From assembly GCA_018830005.1 (NCBI GenBank), contig JAHJTE010000001.1, positions 449,332-513,331 on the forward strand: a DNA stretch of 64,000 nucleotides, given 5' to 3'. Origin of the DNA: Candidatus Omnitrophota bacterium (GTDB taxonomy: Bacteria; Omnitrophota; Gorgyraeia; JAHJTE01). Position numbers and translations under genes: made by a program. This document shows, in pieces, positions 7,666 to 15,918 of this stretch. Each line of letters starts with the position of its first letter. The first letter of the stretch is position 1. Under the pieces are notes generated by a model that did not search any database, was not told the origin of the DNA, and worked only from the letters and a program-made list of their open reading frames with translations.

Positions 7666-8988
7666 ATGGAGAATAATGGCTTAATCATAGCATTGACAGG
7701 GCGGTTTGGGGCTGGTTGTTCAACAACAGCTAATTTCTTTGCCAATAATAAGAAGCTGAATTGTAAAAGCTATAGCATCTCAGCATTTCTGAAAGACAAG
7801 GCAAAGAAAGAAATAGTCAATTTTGAACAAAAGAATCCCGAAGAAAGAAGAAAGATTCTGCAGGATTTGGGTGATAGTTTAAGAAAGGAAAAGCTAAGCG
7901 CTCTGGTAGATCCTATAATTAAAGACATTAAAGATAACAATGTAGAAAATGTGGTTATTGAATGCATCAGAAATCCAGGTGAGGTTACAGAATTAAGGCA
8001 TGCATTTGGTAATCGTTTTTTTCTCTTAGCCATAGACTCAGAGACAGAAACTCGTTGGAAGAGAGTCGAAAAGATGTATAAAGGAAATAGAGCAAACTTC
8101 GATATTAATGACCGACGAGATGCTGGTGAGGAGCAGCCGCCATTGCCTAATGGGCAAAATGTGAAAAAGTGCATTGAGCTAGCGGATATATTGATTAATA
8201 GCGAAGATAATTTTTATAAAGAAGATGAAACAAAAGACGAAGTAGTTATTGATCGCTACGGACAAAAACTATCCGATTATACTGAATTAATGTTAAACCC
8301 GGGTGCCAGACCACCATATCCGGATGAATTATATATGCATCATTCTTGTAGCGTGGCTTTATGGTCTAAATGTTCCAGGAGACAGGTAGGGGCTACTATA
8401 ATCCATGAGGTGTTGAATAAGAAACCTGATAAGCAAGATGTAAAAAATAAGAGCGATAGCGATAAAGAAATTATACTTGAAAGTTACGTCATTGCGACTG
8501 GTTGTAATAATGTACCATGGGGAGAGATTGATTGCAGAGTTTTGTACAAGAGTGAGTCGACTAAAAAAAGATGTCATAAAGAAAAGGTTAAGATTAAACA
8601 TTTTAGCAAGTACAAATATTGCAGGGAATGTGGGGCGGCATTGAACGATCGTACTTTAGTTTGTACCTGTGGAGTTGAAAATTCAAAATTACCCGGAAAG
8701 TTGTTGGATGTTTGTAGAGCTGTTCATGCGGAAGAGTCAGCTATACTCCAGGCAGCCAAGTTAGGAACCACCCCATTAAATGGGGCTAAGCTTTATACTT
8801 CTACTTTTCCTTGCATGCTTTGTTGTAAAAAGATTATTAACGCAGGTATCAAGAATTTAATATATTTAGAGTCTTACCCGATGGAAGAGTCATTAGCTAT
8901 TAGCATGTTTAGGAAGTGTAATGTCAAGATTTCTAAATACGAAGGTGTGAATTCAATTGTATTTAACAGGCTTTTTAAAAGAGAATAG
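7666..8988 (+). CDS. P-loop kinase-like domain fused to a zinc-dependent cytidine/dCMP deaminase domain; candidate anti-phage dCTP deaminase
   Basis: The N-terminus has a Walker-A-like LTGRFGAGCSTT. The middle has a zinc ribbon (CRECGAALNDRTLVCTCG). The C-terminus has the CDA signature HAEESAIL...PCMLCC. Confidence 0.75.
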   Translation: MENNGLIIALTGRFGAGCSTTANFFANNKKLNCKSYSISAFLKDKAKKEIVNFEQKNPEERRKILQDLGDSLRKEKLSALVDPIIKDIKDNNVENVVIECIRNPGEVTELRHAFGNRFFLLAIDSETETRWKRVEKMYKGNRANFDINDRRDAGEEQPPLPNGQNVKKCIELADILINSEDNFYKEDETKDEVVIDRYGQKLSDYTELMLNPGARPPYPDELYMHHSCSVALWSKCSRRQVGATIIHEVLNKKPDKQDVKNKSDSDKEIILESYVIATGCNNVPWGEIDCRVLYKSESTKKRCHKEKVKIKHFSKYKYCRECGAALNDRTLVCTCGVENSKLPGKLLDVCRAVHAEESAILQAAKLGTTPLNGAKLYTSTFPCMLCCKKIINAGIKNLIYLESYPMEESLAISMFRKCNVKISKYEGVNSIVFNRLFKRE

Positions 8989-9045
8989 CGATAAAGTTCT
9001 TGCATTGAGACAAAAAAGAATTATAATATAGTCAAAGAGATAAAT

Positions 9046-9234
9046 ATGAAAAGATGTCCTCAATGTAAAAGATTTGGCGTTGAGTATGATCCCCAGACAG
9101 GAAAAGAGAAATGTGTCTGGAGTGATTGCTTGTGGATTAATGAAACAGATATTGATTTAGATACTTATGATTACGGAGTAAATTTTGTAGAATTTAGGGA
9201 TTCTATAAATATCAAGCGAGAAATGGCAGTTTAA
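9046..9234 (+). CDS. small zinc-ribbon protein (CPQC...C..C)
   Basis: 62-aa ORF with a CxxC pair (CPQCKRFG...CVWSDC). It is followed by a bidirectional terminator. Confidence 0.4.
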   Translation: MKRCPQCKRFGVEYDPQTGKEKCVWSDCLWINETDIDLDTYDYGVNFVEFRDSINIKREMAV

Positions 9235-9251
9235 AATTAAATATTCTGACA

Positions 9252-9283
9252 AAAGCGATAGCCAAAAGCTATCGCTTTTTTTG
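9252..9283. terminator. bidirectional rho-independent terminator between convergent genes
   Basis: agcgatagc-caaaa-gctatcgct followed by TTTTTTT. It lies between the + strand 9046 gene and the - strand recombinase. Confidence 0.65.
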
Positions 9284-9287
9284 TTTT

Positions 9288-10898
9288 TTATAATGATAAA
9301 GCTATAAGTAAGTTTTTCCACATTTCGAGCTGTTTATTCCAATTTAACTCGAAGGCAATGTTGCGTAGCTTGTACTCGGGGATTAAGGAGATATTTTTGT
9401 TTTCTGAGCAGAGGATTTCTTCTTGTATAGTTGGCGCAAGCAGCAAAAGGTTCATCATTTGATTGAGCCGCTGGTGATTCAAGTTAAGCCATTTGGCAAC
9501 TTGCTTTAAGCCTTCAGCTTTTCCTTCAGCAAGGATGCCTTGGACTTGATGTGCCAAGATAAGATTCTGCCTTAATTGTGGCTCGTTCTTGATATTTATT
9601 TGATTAGGAGGGACTGGCAGGTTTTTGAGTTCCTTGAGTCCTACCTTATATTGGCGTCTCCTATTATCTTTTAGCAGAACGATTTCAAGTATCCCTTTAT
9701 TACCATCGAAACTTGCTTCTTTAAGGACTGTTTTAATGATTGCAATCTTTTCTTGAAGGCTAAAGGTATCCCATATTTTTTCGTCGAGTTTGGGTAGAGG
9801 AGTCAAGGTTCTGAGTAATTCGACGATTTTCTGTTCAATCTTCTGCGTGCTCAGTAAGCGGGTAGGACAGGTTTTGTAGCCACGCTTACTGGCGCTCATA
9901 CAAAGGTAGTAGTGATACCTGTATTTATTGGCTTTGATGTTGTAGGAGAAGTACATCGCGCAGTTGCAGGCTTTACAGCGCAGGAGGCCGGTAAGCAGAC
10001 CCACATGTTTAGTCTTCTTGGTCATTTTCCAGTCAGGCTTGTTTTTTGCAAGTATGCTTTGTGCTTTCTGGAAGGTTTTTTCCGAAATAATTGCTTCATG
10101 TTCTCCCGGATATAACTCGGCCTGGTATGAAACCTTGCCGGCGTAAAGCACATTTCTTAAGATTAGCTGAATACCGTTGATTGTAAACTGAATCCCACCG
10201 AATTTTCTGCCTTTTTCAGATGTATGCTGCTTAGTTGTACATCCCAGGTCATTCATAATCATGGTTACGGACAGAAGGGAGCGCTTTTCAATATACGAGG
10301 TGAAGATTTTACGCACGATCTTGGCTTCTTTCTGGTTAACCACGAGCTTATGCTTATCCTTATCGATGTTATAGCCTAAAGATGGCCTTCCTCCGATCCA
10401 TTTGCCTTTTCTCTTAGCAGCGCCCATCTTGTCGCGGGTGCGTTCTGAGATAATCTCGCGCTCAAACTGCGCAAAAGAGAGGAGGATATTAAGCGTAAGC
10501 CTGCCCATCGAGTTTTGCGTATTAAAGTGCTGTGTTACTGATACGAAGGTGGCACCATGTTTTTCAAATACAGACAGGAGCTCTGCAAAATCAAGAAGTG
10601 AGCGCGATAAGCGGTCAACCTTATAGACTACTACGCAATTAATTTTATTGGCTTTGATGTCAGTAAGAAGCCTCTGAAGTGCAGGTCTGTCTGTATTGGC
10701 TCCGGTGAAGCCACCGTCATCGTAGTATTCTGGCGAAGCTACCCAGCCTTCGTTTTTCTGGCTGGTGATGTAGCTTTCGCAGGACTCGCGTTGGGCATCC
10801 AGAGTAGTAAAGTCGCGCTCAAGTCCATCGCTGACCGATTTGCGCGTATAAATGGCGCAATTAATAATCTTTTTTTCTTCGGGTTCTGTAGTTTTCAT
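9288..10898 (-). CDS. large serine recombinase (resolvase/invertase N-domain, recombinase domain and zinc ribbon)
   Basis: The N-terminus has the catalytic Ser region (AIYTRKSVSDGLERDFTTLDAQRE) and VVVYKVDRLSRSL. Further along are YRYHYYLC...CP and a coiled-coil. The start overlaps the stop of the upstream DUF2924 gene (ATGA). Confidence 0.9.
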   Translation of the reverse strand: MKTTEPEEKKIINCAIYTRKSVSDGLERDFTTLDAQRESCESYITSQKNEGWVASPEYYDDGGFTGANTDRPALQRLLTDIKANKINCVVVYKVDRLSRSLLDFAELLSVFEKHGATFVSVTQHFNTQNSMGRLTLNILLSFAQFEREIISERTRDKMGAAKRKGKWIGGRPSLGYNIDKDKHKLVVNQKEAKIVRKIFTSYIEKRSLLSVTMIMNDLGCTTKQHTSEKGRKFGGIQFTINGIQLILRNVLYAGKVSYQAELYPGEHEAIISEKTFQKAQSILAKNKPDWKMTKKTKHVGLLTGLLRCKACNCAMYFSYNIKANKYRYHYYLCMSASKRGYKTCPTRLLSTQKIEQKIVELLRTLTPLPKLDEKIWDTFSLQEKIAIIKTVLKEASFDGNKGILEIVLLKDNRRRQYKVGLKELKNLPVPPNQINIKNEPQLRQNLILAHQVQGILAEGKAEGLKQVAKWLNLNHQRLNQMMNLLLLAPTIQEEILCSENKNISLIPEYKLRNIAFELNWNKQLEMWKNLLIALSL

Positions 10899-11365
10899 AG
10901 GTTAAAAAAGTTATATCCGTTCCAATGCACTCCGGTTATTTCTTCAGCTATGGTGGTAAGATGCTTATATATTTTCCCGTTATATTCAAAGCCATTATCA
11001 AGTACCTTGACTTGGATATTTTTGCCTTTATATTTCTTGATGATGACACTTCCTGGGATAGGGAGACGTCTGTCCCTTCCGCAACTTTTCTTTCTTGCCT
11101 GCGTTTCTAGGCTTATCTTCGGTCTAATTGACTTATTATTGACAGGATCATAAAGCTTTATAAGTTCTCTAAGCCTATTTTCCGCTTTTTGCGATAAGCC
11201 GCCATATTTAAGCTCCTGCAGGCGGTAGGCAATCTTTCTTATTAGGTAGATTTTATTGTCTGAAGTCGCCTTTTGGCCATTAAATAGCGTCACAAATTCC
11301 TTCTGGAGCTCCGGAATCGCCTTATTTTTCAGGGCTATAATTTTGGCTTCTAATGTCTCTTTCAT
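10895..11365 (-). CDS. DUF2924-family protein (recombinase-associated)
   Basis: The C-terminus carries the DUF2924 signature (...KYKGKNIQVKVLDNGFEYNGKIYKHLTTIAEEITGVHWNGYNFF). It is translationally coupled to the serine recombinase. Confidence 0.7.
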   Translation of the reverse strand: MKETLEAKIIALKNKAIPELQKEFVTLFNGQKATSDNKIYLIRKIAYRLQELKYGGLSQKAENRLRELIKLYDPVNNKSIRPKISLETQARKKSCGRDRRLPIPGSVIIKKYKGKNIQVKVLDNGFEYNGKIYKHLTTIAEEITGVHWNGYNFFNL

Positions 11366-11631
11366 TGGCGCATTTTCCTCAGGTCACATAGGGCCATACA
11401 ATTCGAGATAAGTCAAGGGGATTAGAGAGGTATTTCATTCAGAAGGACAAGCCTTGCGATTTTTGCTAAAAGTGTTAAAATGGAGACAATATGAAAGAAC
11501 TTGACAAGAGTGGAATTTGGGAGTATAAAAGAAATATAGACGATGAGTGGTATGTTTCGAAGGGGGAACTGCCACGTAAAAATAATTAAAACCTTCGCCA
11601 AAAGCGGAGGTTTTTGTATTTATGGGTATAG

Positions 11632-12051
11632 ATGGACAGAATTTCAAAAGAAACGCGTAGTCAGAATATGGCCGCCATTAAAGGAACAGACACTACTCCT
11701 GAAATGGCTGTAAGAAGAATGCTTTATTCTTTAGGGTATAGATATAGGTTGCATAAAAAGGATCTTCCGGGTAAGCCCGATATTTTTATAAGGAATCGTA
11801 ATGCTGCAATATTTGTGAATGGCTGTTTTTGGCACCAACATCCGAATTGCAGATTTGCAACTAAACCGAAAAGCAACAGAAGATTCTGGATGAAGAAATT
11901 AAAGAAAAACATAAAGCGTGACGAAGAAAATCTTATGAGACTCAAAAAGTTGGGCTATAAGATTATCTCCATATGGGAGTGTGAAATCGGCAAACAGTCA
12001 GTCAGTTTGAATCAGAGGCTCGTGAAGAGATTAGCAAGATCATTAGGGTAA
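11632..12051 (+). CDS. vsr: very-short-patch repair endonuclease
   Basis: SQNMAAIKGTDTTPE...FVNGCFWHQHPNC...WECE matches Vsr motifs. It sits immediately upstream of the C5-methyltransferases. Confidence 0.9.
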   Translation: MDRISKETRSQNMAAIKGTDTTPEMAVRRMLYSLGYRYRLHKKDLPGKPDIFIRNRNAAIFVNGCFWHQHPNCRFATKPKSNRRFWMKKLKKNIKRDEENLMRLKKLGYKIISIWECEIGKQSVSLNQRLVKRLARSLG

Positions 12052-12056
12052 AAATT

Positions 12057-13121
12057 ATGGGTAAAGCCGGTTTTAATGTGGTCGATTTGTTCTGCGGATG
12101 CGGCGGTCTGTCGCTCGGGTTTATAGAAGCCGGATATAAGGTAATCCTGGGAGTTGACAATGATTCGGCAGCTCTGGAGACCTTTAAAGCCAATCATAAT
12201 GGAGCTGAGGCGTGCAATATAGATCTTTCCGATAATTCTTTTTTGAAAAAGATGTACAGGGCTGTAAAGGATGAGAAAATTGATGTAATAATAGCAGGTC
12301 CGCCGTGTCAGGGTTTTTCTCTTACCGGACCACGTAATTTCGATGATAAGAGAAATGTTCTTTATCTGGCGGTTATTACCGCAGTAAAAAAAATAAAACC
12401 GAAAGCGTTTCTTATTGAGAACGTGCCCGGACTGGCAGCTCTTTACGGCGGTCAGGTTAAGGATGAGATTATCAGGCGTCTTAAAGAAGTGGGATACAAT
12501 GTAACAATGGATATTCTTTGTGCCGCAGATTACGGCGTGCCGCAGTTGCGGAAGCGGGTCTTCTTTGGGGGACTGGAAAAGAGTCTGGGACAGTTTGAAT
12601 TTCCTTCAAAAACGCATTCACCGGATAATTATGTTACCTGTGCCGATGCTATCAGTGATCTGCCGGGCAGAGAAAGCGAACTGGGAGAAGAGGAGGATGA
12701 TTACGAAAGCTCTCCGCTTACTTCCTATCAGAGAAAACTGCGCAGCAACTGCAGGAAATTATATAATCACATAGCTACAAACCACACTGAAATTGTAAAG
12801 AGTGTTATTAAGCTTGTTCCGGAGGGCGGAGATTACAGGGATCTCCCGAAAGGAGTTGGCGAGCACAGACAGTTTAATGAAGCATGGACCCGTTATCACG
12901 GCAGTAGGCCTTCATATACAATTGACACCGGTCATCGCAACCACTTTCATTACAGACATAACAGGGTTCCCACCATAAGAGAGAATGCACGATTACAGTC
13001 TTTTTCCGATTCTTTTATTTTCTACGGGACTAAAACACAGCAAAACAGGCAGGTGGGTAACGCTGTGCCGCCTTTATTGGGATATCATTTGGCCAGGCAG
13101 ATTCTTCGCTATATAAAGTAG
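12057..13121 (+). CDS. DNA (cytosine-5)-methyltransferase
   Basis: Motif I FCGCGGLSLGF, motif IV GPPCQGFS, motif VI ENV (FLIENVPGL), and a C-terminal QxRxGNAV. Confidence 0.92.
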   Translation: MGKAGFNVVDLFCGCGGLSLGFIEAGYKVILGVDNDSAALETFKANHNGAEACNIDLSDNSFLKKMYRAVKDEKIDVIIAGPPCQGFSLTGPRNFDDKRNVLYLAVITAVKKIKPKAFLIENVPGLAALYGGQVKDEIIRRLKEVGYNVTMDILCAADYGVPQLRKRVFFGGLEKSLGQFEFPSKTHSPDNYVTCADAISDLPGRESELGEEEDDYESSPLTSYQRKLRSNCRKLYNHIATNHTEIVKSVIKLVPEGGDYRDLPKGVGEHRQFNEAWTRYHGSRPSYTIDTGHRNHFHYRHNRVPTIRENARLQSFSDSFIFYGTKTQQNRQVGNAVPPLLGYHLARQILRYIK

Positions 13122-13129
13122 GAGTATCT

Positions 13130-14395
13130 ATGGAAAAGTACAGATTTATAGATCTTTTTGCAGGATGCGGCGGTCTCTGCGACGGGTTTGAACAGACCGG
13201 ACTGTTTGAGCATGTTGCCTCCGTAGAATGGGAAAAAGCCCCGCGGGACACGCTTGTCAAACGCCTGAGGGATAAATGGGGCTATGCAGATGCCGAATAT
13301 CGTGCAGTCCGTTTTGATATTCAGCGGACAGGCGAGTTATTTAAAGGATGGGCAGATGATCCTGTTTATGGAAGCAGTATCGGACTGGATAATATTATTT
13401 CGAAAAGCGGACATATAGATCTGATTATAGGCGGTCCTCCATGTCAGGCATATTCTGTAGCAGGCAGGATTCGGGACGAACACGGTATGCAGAATGACTA
13501 CAGGAATTATCTTTTTGAATGTTATCTGAAAGCTGTCGACAGATACAGGCCGAAAGTATTTGTTTTTGAAAATGTCGAAGGAATATTAAGTGCACGTCCC
13601 AATGGAATAGCTATAATTGAGAAAATCAGGCATGCATTTTCAGATCACGGTTATGAACTGATTTCCGATCTGCGCGGAAAAGCGGTGATTGATCTGTCGC
13701 ATTTTGGTATACCTCAGCGGCGAACAAGGGTAATACTGGTAGGATTGAGAAAACAGACATTCGGAAGAGCATGCCAGGCAGCTTTAGCCGATTTTTATGA
13801 TAATATTCTGCAGGCATACCGGTCGCCGACCGTGGCGACTGTCAGGAAAGCCATAGGTGATCTGGATGCTCTTTATCCGACTCCAAAAGATTGTCGCATC
13901 GGCGGAAAAATGTTTTCGCATAAACCAGAAAGTTCCGGAATATCCAACCATACTCCCCGTTATCATAACAGAAGAGACATAGGGATTTTTGGAGATCTTG
14001 CAGGCGACATTGAGTCAGGAAGAAACCGGTACGCAGGCATAATAGAACTGCAGAAGCTTTATACTGAAAGAACAGGAAAAACTTCCAATGTGCACAAATA
14101 CTATGTATTGAGGTGGGCTCAGCCTAGCAACACAATTCCCGCCCATCTTTACAAAGACGGTTTGCGTCATATTCATCCGGATCCGAAACAGGCACGATCC
14201 ATTACTGTAAGAGAAGCAGCCCGTCTTCAGGCATTTGATGATGATTTTGAATTTATCGGCAGCATGGGGGATCAGTATAAAATGATCGGCAATGCGGTGC
14301 CGCCTTTATTCGCCAAAATTCTTGCCGAAGCAATATATGATTTTATTAGAGATTTGCAGGTCTCCGGAAGGAGGAAAGCATGTCGAAGGAAATAA
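13130..14395 (+). CDS. DNA (cytosine-5)-methyltransferase (second, paralogous)
   Basis: FAGCGGLCDGF, GGPPCQAYS, FVFENVEG, GNAVPP. Confidence 0.92.
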   Translation: MEKYRFIDLFAGCGGLCDGFEQTGLFEHVASVEWEKAPRDTLVKRLRDKWGYADAEYRAVRFDIQRTGELFKGWADDPVYGSSIGLDNIISKSGHIDLIIGGPPCQAYSVAGRIRDEHGMQNDYRNYLFECYLKAVDRYRPKVFVFENVEGILSARPNGIAIIEKIRHAFSDHGYELISDLRGKAVIDLSHFGIPQRRTRVILVGLRKQTFGRACQAALADFYDNILQAYRSPTVATVRKAIGDLDALYPTPKDCRIGGKMFSHKPESSGISNHTPRYHNRRDIGIFGDLAGDIESGRNRYAGIIELQKLYTERTGKTSNVHKYYVLRWAQPSNTIPAHLYKDGLRHIHPDPKQARSITVREAARLQAFDDDFEFIGSMGDQYKMIGNAVPPLFAKILAEAIYDFIRDLQVSGRRKACRRK

Positions 14396-15384
14396 TTTAT
14401 GCCCGAAAGCTGTATGATCAGGAATTAGGTTATAGGAAGGGGCAGCCTAAAAAAGCAGGGAGATATTTTTTTATATCGAAAGAATGTATAGCCTACTTTC
14501 CGCCATTAAGCACGCTGATAAAAAACGATCATATACTGATAAAAATCATTCCTCCTGATTCGCAGAAAATCGTTCTGAGTAATTATGTATATCATAATGA
14601 CAAAATCACTGATAATAAGTCGCACGGAAGAGATGAATACAGATTGTACTTAAACAGTGAGACTGATACGGAAAGGAACTTTTTTAAGCCGGGAGATATT
14701 GCAGTGCTCTATAGGTATGCCGTTGAAAATGAATCCATATATAAAATTTTCTATTTTCCGGTTTCGCAGAAAGATAATCATTATAAAAGGCTTGAAGCAA
14801 TGATAGAGGAGAGCAGGATTAAAGGCGGGCACGCCTTAATTGAAGCCTCGAAAATTCCTTTTATCAGACTGCCAAGCCGTATTGATTTGGAAGATAGGGT
14901 AATTCCAAAGGAAGTAATGGAAGATGTGCTGAGCGAACCTCTGGAACCCCTGCCTGCCGAAGTCATGGAAAACGAGTTTCTGTTTACACGTACTATACGA
15001 GAGAACAACTTCAGGGAACTGCTGCTGTTTTTTTATGATTATCGGTGTGCTGTTACCGGATCAGCAATGAGATATAAAAATCTGATTAACCTTCAGGCAG
15101 CGCATATAATACCTGATGAGCATGGCGGACCTCCGCATCCCAAAAACGGACTCCCCCTGTCCAGAGATTTACATTGGGCTTTTGACATCGGTTTTTTCAC
15201 AGTAGACGATCAATACGAAATAAACGTTCATGAAAAAGTTAAAGATATTCAGATAATGCGGGAGATAAATAACAGAAAGATAATATTGCCTCAGGATAAT
15301 CGGGCCTGGCCCAGTATCCATTCACTTAAATGGCATAGAGATAATGTATTTGGTATTTTTACGTCTAAAACACTGGAACCGTAA
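14380..15384 (+). CDS. HNH-family endonuclease; putative restriction endonuclease of the adjacent R-M module
   Basis: C-terminal HNH motif YRCAVTGS...AAHIIPDEHGG...NGLPLSRDLHWAFD. It overlaps the methyltransferase stop by 16 nt. Confidence 0.7.
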   Translation: MSKEIIYARKLYDQELGYRKGQPKKAGRYFFISKECIAYFPPLSTLIKNDHILIKIIPPDSQKIVLSNYVYHNDKITDNKSHGRDEYRLYLNSETDTERNFFKPGDIAVLYRYAVENESIYKIFYFPVSQKDNHYKRLEAMIEESRIKGGHALIEASKIPFIRLPSRIDLEDRVIPKEVMEDVLSEPLEPLPAEVMENEFLFTRTIRENNFRELLLFFYDYRCAVTGSAMRYKNLINLQAAHIIPDEHGGPPHPKNGLPLSRDLHWAFDIGFFTVDDQYEINVHEKVKDIQIMREINNRKIILPQDNRAWPSIHSLKWHRDNVFGIFTSKTLEP

Positions 15385-15538
15385 TATTTGCCGTTGTTGG
15401 CAGATGTTTTATATAAGCCTTTGCGGAACAGAACCCGAACAATCGGATCTTAGGCGAGTATTTGATTTATAGCCTGTTGAGGCACGGATAATTCGATAAA
15501 GCGTCTACAAACAGCAGATAGAATTCGTTGAATCTGAA

Positions 15539-15733
15539 ATGAATGTATCAGATAAAGAAGTTATATTCTTGCTTCAACTTGAAGATGTTCAGGAAGAAGC
15601 TATGCAGAAACTTAATCGCAGTCTGACTGCGGATGAGTTGTATGAGGTTAAAAAAGGAGTTGAGTTCGGATTAGAGCATTGGCCGGAAGTTGTCCGGCAT
15701 GCAATTGACAATCTGAAGGAGCATTCTAAATAG
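15539..15733 (+). CDS. hypothetical small protein
   Basis: 64-aa ORF with no recognisable motif. Confidence 0.3.
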   Translation: MNVSDKEVIFLLQLEDVQEEAMQKLNRSLTADELYEVKKGVEFGLEHWPEVVRHAIDNLKEHSK

Positions 15734-15918
15734 GTAAAGAATTTTGGGATATGGTAGGCGGCTCAGGAACGTACGAGGAAGTTCTGGGAATCTATCAGGA
15801 AGTCGGCAAGGAAAAAGGCTCTGATATGTTGGATCAATTAGCGTTAGGTTACTAAGGTAAAATCCTACCAAAAGTCCATCCTTTCGAAAGATTCAGAATC
15901 GGTTTATCTAAAAGGACG

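Noticed and set aside
12520-12774. 84-aa ORF inside the first C5-methyltransferase.
   Set aside because: It is an alternative frame within a gene whose methyltransferase motifs are contiguous in the main frame.
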